This document shows positions 12,712-26,324 of a stretch of 64,000 nucleotides of DNA, one piece after another (position 1 is the stretch's first letter; the number at the start of each line of letters is the position of its first letter). Under the pieces are notes generated by a model. It did no database searches. It saw only the letters and a list, made by a program, of their open reading frames with translations, and was not told the DNA's origin. The DNA lies in assembly GCA_010093815.1 (NCBI GenBank), contig ML996578.1. The stretch is one strand, 5' to 3'. The stretch is from Pseudovirgaria hyperparasitica (taxonomy: Eukaryota). Position numbers and translations under genes: made by a program.

Positions 12712-13861
12712 AAAGATAAACTTGTCTTACATCTTGTCGTCTCAGGCTGCTATTCATGATCTCTCACTGGACGCTTCATCCATATGTTTCACCACTTAAA
12801 ATCGCATCTCGCCGACCCTACAACGTTGTCGTTCCAGCGGTGTGCTCTTCCCGCGAAGACTTTTGGTGTACGCGTTGGACCTACAGTATCTTTGCTTCTC
12901 ACCGATCAGTGGGAGCATGAGTGTCTCAAAAGAAGAGTCTCAAGGCGTTGTACTTACTCATCGTCACCGACGAACTATCAAAAATCAATCATGTTGTCCG
13001 CGTTGGCAACAGTCGGACACGTTATTATTTGGGTACCAGAACGGCACCGAGCTTCCTGTCTTGTTTCCCAGCATCTTTTCCTACCTGACTGCCCGTCTAG
13101 AAACCTGGTCATCGTTGACTTGGGCTGTTTGGATTGTTCCTTTAACTTGTTGTACTCATACAAGCATATCTTCAAGGAAGCTTTTCTGATAGCAAATCGT
13201 CCGATTGATCTCTCTCACAGGGCTCGTATGGACGTAGGGTCCGCACCGTCAATGTGGTCCGCCGAGCAGTCTTACGGCAAGCATCGATCTTGGTCGTCAC
13301 CGGGATATGCTGTAAGACTAGAAGTCGCGGTTTCATTTCCTTTTGCAATTCCAGTAATCACAACAACAAACTATTTGGCATATTTATGTTAGAAAACCCT
13401 GGATGCTAGTCGCTCGTTGAATATATCAGCATTCCTTAGAAAATTCGTGCTTTGTTGATATGCCAAATTATACTGGTGATATATTATTAAGCTGCGTGAT
13501 ACTTATGTGTATAAATGCGGTTGCGCTATGTTGTTGACCAGACTAGACAAGCCTTCATTCTTGGCCGGTCGAATTCTCAGGTCGGTGAAGTGACATGACT
13601 TATGATATAATGGAATATCCGAAAGCGGTAAGGCCCCTACCCAGGCACGATCACAGGCCAAGCCTTCATGTGCCTTCCCGCCGGCTCGCTCCAGAACATG
13701 GCACGTTAAACCACCCACTCTACCACCACTTTCACTGAAGGGGTTTATCAACTATTGGCCATTCAACACCACTTACGTATGGTTCAATTTCTAGCGACTG
13801 TCATCCCCTCAGCGACTGTGTGGCCATTTTACGAACGCTCCCGCCGACAGCCATCTTCATC

Positions 13862-16654
13862 ATGTCCATTACACTCAACGGCGACGGAGGGCGTCCAAGT
13901 ATGTCAACACAAAAGTCTGCGCCCTCTGTCATGAACCAGCACTTTGCACCTGTGGGCGAGCAGCCCACGATGGAGCAGTACCAACATGGAGTGCAAGTTA
14001 TTGATGAGGACAAAGAGTTCAAGTAGGTTGCGCCGAGCAATGACGAGCAATAACTGATAGCGCTGCATGTAGTCCAAACCTCTCTACATACTTCCAACTT
14101 GAGAAAGTTACGCCCGCCGGTTTCAATTACCACATCATATCCGTGTTTGGCTCGCAGTCTACTGGCAAATCCACACTATTGAACTATTTGTTTGGCACAG
14201 ACTTCGGCGTGATGTCTGAGCAAGAGAGGCGGCAGACCACGAAAGGAATATGGATGTCGAAGAACAAACGAGGCGTAGATGCTGATGGAGGCAAAAGCAT
14301 GGCTGACAACATTCTTGTTATGGATGTGGAAGGCACGGACGGTCGTGAACGAGGAGAGGACCAGGACTTTGAGCGGAAGAGCGCGCTGTTTGCATTGGCA
14401 ACTAGCGAGGTTCTCATAGTCAACATATGGGAACACCAAGTCGGTCTGTACCAAGGTGCAAATATGGGTTTGCTTAAGACAGTTTTCGAGGTCAACTTGC
14501 AGCTTTTCGTAAAGGGGAGAGAGTATGTTGACATACATCGTATATCCGACGCGATACTGACAGTGCGACAGGACGATTCCCCGTTCCCTATTGTTCTTTG
14601 TGATTCGAGATCACATTGGCCACACTCCTCTGGTGAACCTTAAAAATACCTTGATCCAGGATCTCTCCAGGATATGGTCGACAATATCAAAACCAAAGGG
14701 GCTAGAAAATTCTAAAATCGAAGACTACTTTGATTTTGCATTTGTAGGACTACCACATAAAATTTTGAAGCCAGAGGCATTCCAGCAGGATGTGGAAAAG
14801 CTGAGTCTCAGATTCAACGAAGGCTACAAGGATCGTAAGAAGCATGGTCTAGTCGATGAATCATCAGAGCCAATTCTTCTACCCGAATATCACCGCCGTA
14901 TACCTGCCGATGGCTTTTCTACCTATGCCGCAAACATCTGGGACCAGATCGTACACAATAAAGACTTGGACTTGCCGACTCAGCAAGAGCTTTTGGCTCA
15001 GTTCCGTTGCGACGAGATCGCGAGAGAGGTTCTCGTCGGATTCGATGAAGCTATTATACCCCTTGAGGAGCAACAAGCCTTGGACATCACGTCCGGAAAA
15101 CCTAAGATCATTACAGGTCTCGGACAAGTCATGAACAGTGCACGTTCCAATGCCTTGAGCAACTTCGAGACAGCAGCAAGTCGATATCATAAGGGCGTGT
15201 ACGCACGGAAGCGAACAGAGTTAGAGGGAAAAGTCGACGGCAGACTAAAAGCCCTGACTCAGGGGCAATTAGCAGCAGCACATAAAGCTGGCGTAAATGC
15301 CTTCAGCGATGCCGTGAGCGCTGCAGTCAAAGATGGCCAGAAGAAAGGCGCACAATACGACTTCGCCGAAATAGTCATCATTGAGAAAAAGAATGCGATC
15401 ACCCGGTTTGAAGCGGAGGGTATGGCTATCCTTGTTAAGGACGCCTCATGGAGCAACTTTAAGCAGGAGCTAAATCTATACCGCAAGGACCTCGATGAAG
15501 TAAGCGCGAAACTGCGGAAAGATGAAATGCGCCGTCTTGCGACAAGAGTAGAGAGATGGGTTCGTTCGAGGCTTGGCGATTCAGTGGGACTAGAATTCAA
15601 CAAACTTGGATCTGGTCGCGCGGGTAACGGTGCCCCTGAGGAAGGCGTTAAGCCAAAAACCGAAAAAGATATCTGGGATCGCATATGGGATGTATTCACG
15701 GAAATGGTTTCCGAAGCCGAGAAACGGTTCACAGAGCGAGCAAGGAGCTTTGATGCAAGCCCCGAAGAAGTCGAGATTGGCCTCTGGAGGTTACGACGCA
15801 AATCATGGGGTGTTCTACATACAAAGATCGACGAAGAGGTCATGGAGGGAAACATCTTGCTCAAGCTCCGGGAGAACTTCGAAGACAAATTCCGATATGA
15901 CGAGGCTGGTGTACCACGAATATGGCGCCCAACCGATGACATAGAAGGATTATACACAAAGGCGCGAGAGTCTACCGTTACTCTTATTCCCCTACTATCA
16001 CGTTTCAGGCTTTCAACAACATCTTCGCCACCACCGCTTGACGCCTGGATCGGCATAGCACCTTCTGCTGTGGCTGCTGCCGACGAGGAAGACCTCATTC
16101 CTATCGGAGGTGTGGACGAAGAAGAAGGCAAGAGCCTTGAGGAAGAAATGACTATCTTGAACGACGCGAAACAGCAAGACCTAACTGTGCGATTCAAAAA
16201 GATGGCTGATGGCGTCTTCGTCGAAGCTAAACGCGGCGCGCTTGGTACGGTTTCGTCTATCCCATTATATTTCTGGCTCGTGTGTGTAGTACTTGGATGG
16301 AACGAAATTATGGCTGGTAAGTCTCCGTTTGTCTCAGCATCCTTTCGATGTACTGATGTGGCTATTATAGTCCTCCGCAATCCCTTCCTCATCCTTTGCG
16401 GGATTCTTCTCGCCGCTGGTGCTTATACCACCTATACGCTAAACTTATGGGGTCCCATATACCGCATGGGCAACGCAGCATTTGGTCAGGCTGTGGAGGT
16501 CGGAAAAGAACGTCTTCGCGAGTTCTTAGAGAGCTCAGATACGGGAAGGCAGGCAATGAATATGGCAGGCCAGAACGCAGCTGAGAATGTGAGAATGGAC
16601 AGGTTGGATGGCAGGGGAAACAAGATGAAAGAGGAGGATATGGAAGATATTTGA
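13862..16654 (+). CDS. SEY1: SEY1/RHD3 atlastin-like ER-fusion GTPase
   Basis: P-loop [36 protein letters not shown]-terminal TM hairpin; 3 introns. Start could be 13862, 13901 or 13931. Confidence 0.95.
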
Positions 16655-17209
16655 TACCTTAACGGTGGCGATGTTCCACGAAATATACGCTTCCAGGCCA
16701 AGGGTTGTAGATGATAGCTGTCTTGGTTATGCTTGGGTAGATAGGCTGGTTGATGATGACAATGACAGTACGGCTGGCTATGTATCTATGTACTGTTTCG
16801 AGCTAATACTGCTCCGGAAGCAATAGACAGGGTTACTCTCCGTTCCAGTGTGACACGGGCATCGCGGCCTGAAGACACCCTCAACGGTTCGATTATCTAC
16901 GTGACGTGGCTTGTGTAGGTAATGAATGAGGGATCTAAACCTATGCCAGAGTCTTGACGGCACGCCAAGAAACAGAGAAATAAGCATAAGCCAAGTGTAA
17001 TTCGCGCACAAGGAAGTTCCATTATCATCATGCAATAACAGCCCTCATGACATGAGTGAACGTAAAGGTAACTCCGCCCTCGTTAGCAAAGTAACCATTC
17101 CTGATTGCGCAGACTGTACTCCGGGTGGGTTTAGCATTGTGACGAATGAAGGACCAGGAATTAGTTTCTGGTTATATGTATACCTCAGGAGGGTATGATA
17201 GTTTCTTGC

Positions 17210-18071
17210 TTAACAGCACTTGCCGCCCTTGGCTTCGGTATCAGCCGATTTGCTGATCTCGAGGACCTTGCGCTCGCCAATGGGACCTTGTGAAGATTCA
17301 CCCTGGTCTAGTGCCTTGCTGGAGACGATACGGTAAATCTCTGTGACATGGTGTCAGGAAGTTCTCATGCAAGATCTGGACTGCGGGGCATACCAGTAAG
17401 GATGTTCTGGAAGGCAAGCTCTACGTTGCTGGCGTCTAGGGCAGACGTCTCGATGAAAGAAAGGTTGTTTTCACCTGCAGTGTTTAGAGTCATTCATTGA
17501 ACCTTCTTGCTGCACAACGTCTCGCACATACTCGCAAATTGCTTCGCAGTGTCAGTGGGAACTGCCCGCAGGTGCCTCAAGTCGCTCTTGTTTCCAACCA
17601 ACATGATAACGATATTGGAATCAGCGTGATCTCTCAGCTCTTTCAACCACCTAGTGACGTTGTCATATGTCTGTTGCTTGCTGATATCATAGACTAGAAG
17701 GGCACCGACAGCGCCTCTGTAGTATGCGGAGGTGATGGCGCGGTATCGCTCTTGCCCAGCAGTGTCCCAGATTTGCGCCTTAATGGTTTTGGCATCGACC
17801 TGAATGGACCGAGTCGCAAATTCGACGCCGATTGTAGACTTAGAGTCGAGATTGAACTCGTTGCGAGTGAAACGACTCAAGAGGTTGGATTTACCGACTC
17901 CAGAATCTCCAATAAGAACAACTGCATCATAAAGTGAGTATTGTGGCGAGACGGAGTCCGGATCTGAAATAGCATGTACCTTTGAAGAGGAACTAGGACG
18001 AGACAGTTAGCGATTTGCTTCGAGATAGCATCTGGAGGACAGGCTCTCACATCATACTCGTCGTTCGCCAT
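17210..18071 (-). CDS. YPT31: Rab11/Ypt31-32 small GTPase
   Basis: [51 protein letters not shown]-terminal CC prenylation site; includes a 13-nt micro-exon 17992-17980. Confidence 0.97.
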
Positions 18072-18619
18072 GATTGTTTCGGTCGAAAACGAAAGCTGCC
18101 TAGCGGTGGGAAGATATCACGGCGGCGGGGTAGGGGCAGAAGCGGACGAGGAGCTAGTGAAGATGTTGTAGAGCTGACGGTGCCTTGCAACAGTAGACGG
18201 TCAGAAGAAGATGCAGAAGCCGGCGGTGAAGATGTGGTGAGAAAAGGAGGAACTCACGGCGTTCAGATGCGCAACGCGGAATATCTGTGAATGCAGGTGT
18301 CTGTTTGACTACGGAGTAACGTTAAGTTAGTCTTAGTGCCAATCAATTCATTGTCCTTCGAACCCTGGCGTTGGGTCCATCGACACGTGATGTGATCCAG
18401 TCCCTGGCGCTGCGTCGCTCAGGCATTCACTACCTTACGGGTACGCTAGTGCTCTTGCTCAAGGCTTGCTTGCTCATCAAGCGCGTCCAAACAAAGTCTT
18501 CGCAAAATCGTTGATATCACTTACTTTGTTGCTCACAGTGTAATCAAGAATGCTGCTAACGCGCCTTTACCGAGCCTAGTCATTCTATCTCTGAAGCTTG
18601 ACATGGCCGCCTTGTAACA

Positions 18620-21600
18620 ATGCCAATACCTGACATCTACACAGACATTGCTGAGGAGCTCGAGACGTGGGACTCAGATGACTATGCGTCAGATTCATCA
18701 TTTGACACAGAGAAAACTTACGATGTCGACCGCATTCTGGCTCAGAGGATCGAGAACGGTAAAACTCGTTACTTAGTAAGGTGGGCAGGTTACCGTCTAG
18801 TGAGGTAAACACAACGTTCCGTATGCCTGGATCCCTTCCCGACTATATCTAACAATAGAAAGAGCTAGCTGGGAGCCTGCAAGATCGTTCGAAGCACGCT
18901 CAATCATAAGACAGTGGAAGCGACAGTACAGCTTAGAGCGTAAAGGGTTGGCAAAACCTTTCGACGTGGATGCTTTGAAGCGCAAACAGGACGAGCGCGT
19001 AAAGGCACTCAAAAAGCGACACAAAGCACGGAAGTTGCAGGCCAACAAAAAGACACCTGCGAAGTTAGAATGTACCACGCCTTCAGCAATTTCGCTCGAG
19101 AACAGCTCAGTGACGACCACCACCGAAACTCCAGGTCCATTGAAAACAGTAACTCGGGGGAGGCCTGTTATTCCGGATTCCGAAGACTCTTCTGAAGACG
19201 ATTCAAATCCAGATTGCTCCAAGATTGCGCCCACCGTGCCTGGGAATAGCGTTGAGCATCAAATGCACATTGACACCACACCTAAAGAACCAAGTGAAAA
19301 TCGACTTCTACCCGCATCTGAATCGATACTTGCACAGGAAGATTCGGTCACTATTGAAGTGCCAACTCCAAATTTGGCGAACCATGCTACAAACCCGAGT
19401 GTATGTGAATCCGCGCCCGCTTCTATGTCGAAACTTAACCTACAGAAGCCCACAATCGCTACAAATTCAACAATCCAACCTGCAAAAAATGCTGTGAAGC
19501 AGATGGAACGAATCTCCAATCCCGCCTCTCCGTCAAAACTTGTACAGAAGAAGGTAACGGTCGATGATATGCCCGGTAGCTACTCGGTGAAAGATGCACT
19601 TACCTTCATACCCGGTAATACACTCAGCAAAGCACCAATGGTTGATCAGGCAGCGCCATCAAATGTGATAGTAGGGCAACAGAAAGTATCAAATAAACCC
19701 CGTGCCAGAATCATAGAGGTACCGACGTTGAAGGAGACATACCAGGAACTATTAGGCGGGATCGCTGGCAGCGCGAGGCCGCTTATACCTGGGAAGGAAG
19801 GCTCGAAGATCGTGAATAATCCCGTCACTAAGCGCCGGCGTGTAGAATCCGAACCTTCGAGGGCCCCAAATGACGACCAATTCCAGAAGATATCACAGAG
19901 ACGCAGGGCTGAGCTTCGCGGTCGCATTGATCGAGTGCCAACTGAATCATTGTATATCCCGGAAGATGAAGGAGTTGAGACTTCACTAGCCCTATCAGAT
20001 CGCCCAGAGCAGATGTCCGACATACGCCAGGAACATACAGGCCATAAAGGAAAAGTGCCACAGATCTGTTATCATTGGCTCAAAGGGGGTGGTTGCCAGC
20101 GTAAAATCGACTGTCCTTTTCTGCATGTTGATGACACAGAAAACTATGAGATATCCGATGAGATGGGCCGAGTTCCCCAGAAATATTGGAACCCACCGCA
20201 AACCTGCTGGTATTGGTTCAACAGCAAGTGTAGACTTGACGATCGGCATTGTGACTTCGCCCATGAAAATACAGGACTCATCGGACCCAATCCGCAGAAA
20301 CACGACTCAGAGACTACACTTGTCGACAGATCCGAATTGCCCATTTCCATGAGACGTCAATCGCACCAGAATCCGCTCGTGACCCCTGCTCCAGCCTTAG
20401 AGTCAATCCCTATTCCAAAAAAACAAACCACATGTTACCATTGGAAGCGCTATGGTGTTTGTAAATGGGGTGACGGATGCTGGTATGCCCACGAGGACAT
20501 GAGCAATGTAGCGCAACCGCCAAAGGTTGATCGCCCATGTGTATACCACCAGAAGGGTGGGTGCAACAAAGGAGAGAAATGCCAATTTGTACATGGGACG
20601 GGTCACATCGAGGCAGGTCTGCGTCAGGAAGATATGTCACCAAACTCTCCAGCATTCAAGGAAAGCACCAGGGAAGAAAACCCGACCGTCGATATGGACG
20701 TGGACAGCAGTTGCGCAGCACAAGTGCAAAGTATTGTTCCTATGAAAGAGTCTGCGACCTCTATTGGAATGAGTTTTTCTGTGCATTGTGCTTATGGAGC
20801 ACAAGGTTTTGAGGCTACACTCACCGGACTGAATGCGGCAACGCGAGATCGTCTCCATGATGTTGCTGGTCATGATTTAATGTTCTCTGTCGACAACCTG
20901 TGTCTGAAGGTAGACTTTCACAGTCTCGTATACGAGGGAGATGGCACTATACTTGCTCAAGGCCTTCTTTCGCCTTTTTCAGACTCTATCACTGCGTATC
21001 ATACCTTTAGGCAATTCCTCGATACTAGAGGACTATTCGCATTGGTGTTACATCGAGAGTTCACCTTGGTCTTGCATCCCAGCACCACAAAACCTATCTT
21101 GCATCTCCAAATCCTTATGCCAATTCTTGGTGTTACCAGGCCCATCATCCCAAAGATGCATGAAGTTGACTGCAACTCTACTCCAGATGAGACGTCACTC
21201 CAAATGCTGTTCAGACAGCGATATGGAGTGACAAATGACTACCTCTTTCAAGGACCTGGGGTCGACGATGGACAGCTAGATAAGAACGTATTTCTGATGT
21301 TTGATGAACAGAGTCATCGATCGGATCTCAATCTTTGGAAAACATTTTTATTGGATTCCCATGTGTCCGTGTTTGACTGCTCTGTCAGGGGATCGTGGGA
21401 CTATTTCGTGGGTAGTACCAAGATCAAGAAAGGGGTCATAATAGTGAGTGACCTAAACATCGCCCTCACGAGATTTCATAAAAAACGCCCACTAAACCCT
21501 ACTAGCTCCATTCCGAGATCCTCAGCTTGCATAAAATCAAAGATCTCTGGAAGATTCTGTACTCAAACAAGTACAATTTCTTCAGCGCCAGGCCAATCCA

Positions 21601-22227
21601 GACCTGGAAAATTCCCGTCACAAGAGATTCTTCGCCTGAGCGTGTGATCTCGAGGTTGTTTCCAACAGGTACACTGATACTGATTACAGACGACGTCTTT
21701 GTGCAATCTGCGAAAGAAGCGTTCACCATGATGGAGTGTCTCGATCGCGAGCATATCCGGCGAGGGAAGAAGACGAGGGTTGCTGGTAGACCTGGCCTGG
21801 TAGACTGGCTTACGGATAATTTGCTGTCGAGTGAAGACAAATACCAGACGTAAGCCGATGATCCACCTTATTGAACCTTTAACAACACATCTAATTAATA
21901 CCTGCTAGCTTGCGCGAGAAGACTATAGTGTACCTGGACAAATGCGCCCACGACGTATTCATTGATGAACCAGCGTTTCCATCACGACTGATCTCGCTAC
22001 CGCGAGATGAGATGCCACAGTATCACCAAACCTGGGAGCGAGACGAAGCCGAAGCTACAGATCATCTCGTGAACTGGTTCGCTGGGACATGTGAACTCCA
22101 CGCGGACAGCTTTAGAAGATTCATCGTCGTTCACCCAGATCCGCCTTCGACAACTTGGGCAAACAAGTACCAGCATCTCAACCTTATGAAGCCAGAGAGA
22201 TGCATTGAATTTCTGAAGGCTACATGA
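18620..22227 (+). CDS. Chromodomain protein with four CCCH zinc fingers and a globular C-terminus (possibly Chp1-like)
   Basis: Exons 18620-18804, 18863-21443, 21506-21849, 21909-22227; chromodomain YDVDRILAQR..YLVRWAGY..ASWEP; four C-x7/8-C-x5/6-C-x3-H motifs in ~20060-20600. Confidence 0.8.
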
Positions 22228-24498
22228 GTGCACGCCTGGCGTTCGTGGGCACTCAGAAACTGCATCCGATCTCGGTTGTCGGTCAAGTCGGCCGCTTTCC
22301 TCTTTCTTCTCTCGGGGTTGACATGATTTGTTTAGTTGAATTTCCGGGATATACCCCCTGCCTGTAGCATAAGAAGCGATGCCAAATCCATCTACCCATC
22401 TAAGGGAATGACGTAAAGTTGGCAGAGTTCTGGGAACTGTACCGCGCTTGCTTAGAATGGAAATATCAATGCCACGCAATAATAATCGCATAACTCGATA
22501 CGCGTTTTGGAAATCTTGCAAGTTTGGATATATGTATGCTGCTGCTGAAAGCGTGCCAGTGCTTTTCCGCTATCTTACTGCACTGCGGGTAGGGGTCCAG
22601 TTCATCTGACCTATATAGACTGTATCTCGAAGCCATCATACATACATACCTACGGAAAGTCCTGATCCCACACTGAGCCAGCGCCAGACTACCAACCCTC
22701 GAAACCCCCGATTACCCCTCTCAGATGAAACCAAAATGTCAGTCGACGCCTTCCATGCGGCCCCAAAGCCTCCGGGCGAGAATCTCTGACCAGGCTAGAT
22801 ATGCAGGTCTGGCATGATGTGATTCCCGTACCCACCACTTCTGTCGAGAGTGACAACTTGAATTCTATCCATTTGATGATAAGCTTGGGGGATAGGCAGG
22901 CTGACTGGCTGGGTTGGAAGTCAAGGCTATATGTTCCTATGGGGCTGTATGTGTATTGCTTGAGGCGTAGGGTGTGTGGGAGGGGGAGTACATAAGTTGT
23001 AATGTGTCTTTCGATGTGCCATATATTATTGTGATCTTGCTCGTTGGCGCCTCCTCACCATAGATCATCACTACTCTGCTCTATGGATACTACACAAAGA
23101 CTTGCCTGGCGTAGGGTGTGATAGTGAGCAAGAAGAGGTAGCTGATGTCGATTATAGTAGGTCTGAAATATTTCTTTGTCAGTGATGCTAAGTATGGTAG
23201 GTTAGCTGCGGGGTCAGAGGACAGATTGCGCGTTGGTGTCACATAAAAAGCTATTACCGCATGTAGAATTGGAAAGCTTTACTCTAGTACGCGATGCTGC
23301 CTTCAATGAGGTGTTGTGAATATAAGACTCGATTACAAGTGGGTATGCGAGGATTGATGACAGCAAAGGGGAATTCGCAGTGGTCCACCAACAACATAAT
23401 GTCATTGCCTGAATGAAGAAAGGAGCAAAGTGATCTATCGAAATTGTTTATACCAATGCTATACATGCCAGAGATGGAGAGGTGCATGAGGACTCTTTGT
23501 GGAGGGGAATGCAGTCTGCACGTGTCCTGAGGCCGCAATCTATCGTGGCACGCCGGAAGCGGTCCGACACGGCGCAGCCCCAGCCCGGAGTGATCAACAC
23601 CACCAACAGACGGGCGATGGCGGTACAACGTTGCAGTGGAGCGCGCGGCTAGCATGTGACATATGAAATGTGATGGTTCTCAGTAATTAACTATGTGATC
23701 TGATGGGATGAATCCGGTCTGGCTCCGCTCATCGTCTCGTGGTCTTAGGCTGTTGATTGAGTAGATTATTAGTATCCGGATCCATGTACTGGTCGCATGC
23801 GGGAGTCGCCCATTCCGAGTCTATCTAGAAGCTGTGACGGCCCGGGCGTCTGCCCTCTGATGGATGTTTCCATGGCTTTGACCGACTGGGTGGTGCGCGT
23901 TGTAAAGATCAGATCCGAAGCGCAGATAGAGAGCAGGACTGCTGATGCAACGCCAACTTGACTGATCTCTGCTCTATTGTCGCATCTCGAATCTTGGTCA
24001 GATGATCTGCCTTTGCCCTCATTGTAAAAGACACAGTCATGTGCGGTTATACTTGCTCATCTACGCGCGGTGCTGGCCCCTTTGGACGGGGACTGGTGAC
24101 GGTGACAGCGAGGATGACGGCCACGGTGGAATTGCGAGAGAGTGCAGCCGAGTGAACCAACTGAATTGGGCAATAGACGGGGAGTTTTAGGGGACGGAAA
24201 CTCGCTAAAGGCGCGGCTTTGGAGCTTCCGAGCAGCTTTTAGGTTGCTATTTTGGTGCGCCACACTCCTAATTGGTCGAGCTTCAGCTCCAAAACGGCCT
24301 CACCATCAACCCTATCATCAACTAATCACGGCTGTCACTCCACCCGATACACTGATCGTCGTGCCTGAAAAGTCTTGCTTTCAAAAATGTTTATCATGTC
24401 TCTTACCTGCTGCTGTATCTGTGGAGCTTGTACAACTGTCTTCGCCTCCCCCTCTGTTCCTTGTTCAAGCCTGCATTCGAGTGTGTCATTCCCTTATC

Positions 24499-26324
24499 AT
24501 GGCACTCACGAGCGCGTTCGAGGCTGCCATTGAGCGCATCACTGTGGATCCCATTCTGTTTGGGCCTCTAATTCTCTGCTTCGCTTTCTTTGCATGGTCA
24601 CAGTTCACAAGACGATCGCTCGTTCCTGAAGATTTGCCATGGTTGCGAAAGAAGGGAGGGTTTCTCTTCTTTGGTGACATTCGGCTTCGTTTCGAAGGTC
24701 TTGTCCACGTTCGCGACTGGCTATCTGACGGCTATTCGAATGTGCGTCTCACAGCTCTTCTCGATTCACGGTACTTTGCTAATAGACTGGTAGTATTCTA
24801 AGCAAGGCAAATCGTACATCTATCGAACCTTTGTCGGAACTCCGGAGATTATCATCCCTAAGGAGCAGGTTAGCTGGCTCCTGGAATATCCTGAGTAGGC
24901 TTGCATGCGAAAATGATGTCATAACACGCTGATTTATATGCAGTGAAGCTGTAAGCGTACACGAAATGCATCGCGAGATGATGGGCGCCGACTGGACATA
25001 CGGCCACCCAGATATCATCCGTACCAACTTCCATGAGCACGTCATTCACCGGAATCTGGCTCGTAAAATGACTCCTGCCGCAATCATGGAGATTTGGGAC
25101 GAGGTTGTTTGCTCGATCAACGATACGTGGGGCTACGGTACGAACGAATGGAAGGAGCTCTGCGTATACGACAATGCTCTCGAGTTGATTCCCAGAATCT
25201 CCAATAGGCTCTTTGTCGGTACTTCGCTCTGTAGGAACACCGAGTTCTTGAAGGGAATGTGCCTGTATGCCGACGATGTTTTCCGTTCTGCCGCTCTAAT
25301 TGGGCTCATCCCCGCCTTTTTGAAGCCCGTATTGGCGCCGTTGATATGCATTCCAAACAAGAAGCATTATGCGCAGTCTGCAAGGTATCTGGTCCCATTC
25401 GTCGAGAAGAGATTCGCAGATATGGACAGGAAAGAGAAGAATCCTGGTTGGGACTGGCAAGAGCCGAATGATTATATCCAGTGGCATATCAACCAAGCAA
25501 AATCCGAAGGGAGAACACAGGAGCTCGAACCTGACATGGTCTCCCGATATACAGCTATGCTAAACTTCGCCGCGATCCACACCACCGTGTTCAGTCTAAC
25601 GAATATCATGCTCGATTTGGTTGGTTCCGACCCCGCGAAAGGATTTTGGGAAGGAATTCGCGAAGAGGTCGAGCGAGTGTACGCAGAGGAGAAAGGTGTA
25701 TGGACCAAGCCAGCTCTCAATCGCCTCATCCGGACAGATAGTGCGATTCGAGAGAGTCTACGGCTCCGGAGCTTCTTGACTCGAGGTGTGAAGAGAAAGG
25801 TGCTGATCCCGCATGGTGCGTACAACAAGACTGAGGGCTGGACAGCGCCGCAGAATGCCCACATCGCGGTCGATGCACACAGTATCCACCACGATCCCGA
25901 AATCTACCCGAACCCGGAGGAGTTTGATGCGTTCCGGTTCTCGCGGCCACGTGAAGAGATTGAGGCGAAGCAAGGCGCCATCGTTGACTACGAGGAGGTG
26001 CTGAGATCTAAAAACTTGAGCATGGTAACGACTGGAGCGACGTTCTTGCCCTGGGGTCATGGCCGACATGCATGGTAAGTACCTAATGAATGCCCCGCAA
26101 CGTCCGATCGCATGCGCATCCCTTGCTTACTGACGTATGACAGCCCCGGTCGATTTTTTGTCTCGCATGAATTGAAGATGATGTTCGCATACATGGTGAT
26201 GAACTACGACATTGAGCCACTGCCACAGCGGCCCGACAATGTGTGGATTGGATATAATGTGCTGCCGCCGATGAAGGCGACGATTAGAGTGAAGAGGAAG
26301 ACGGACACAGTACGGCATTATTGA
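24499..26324 (+). CDS. Cytochrome P450 monooxygenase (fungal ent-kaurene-oxidase-like group)
   Basis: Exons 24499-24741, 24794-24894, 24944-26074, 26144-26324; N-terminal TM anchor, I-helix FAAIHTT, ExxR (ESLR), FDAFRF, heme motif WGHGRHACPG across the last intron. Confidence 0.93.

Noticed and set aside
12784..13392. 202-aa ORF downstream of the PUF gene
   Set aside because: No domain, atypical composition, and position matches a 3' UTR.
15259..16392. 377-aa antisense ORF, and similar shadow ORFs over other genes
   Set aside because: Lie opposite well-supported CDSs and have no protein-like motifs; a by-product of codon usage.
17980..17992. 13-nt Rab11 micro-exon as a novelty
   Set aside because: Needed to restore the canonical FLFK sequence; micro-exons are common at the 5' end of fungal small GTPase genes.
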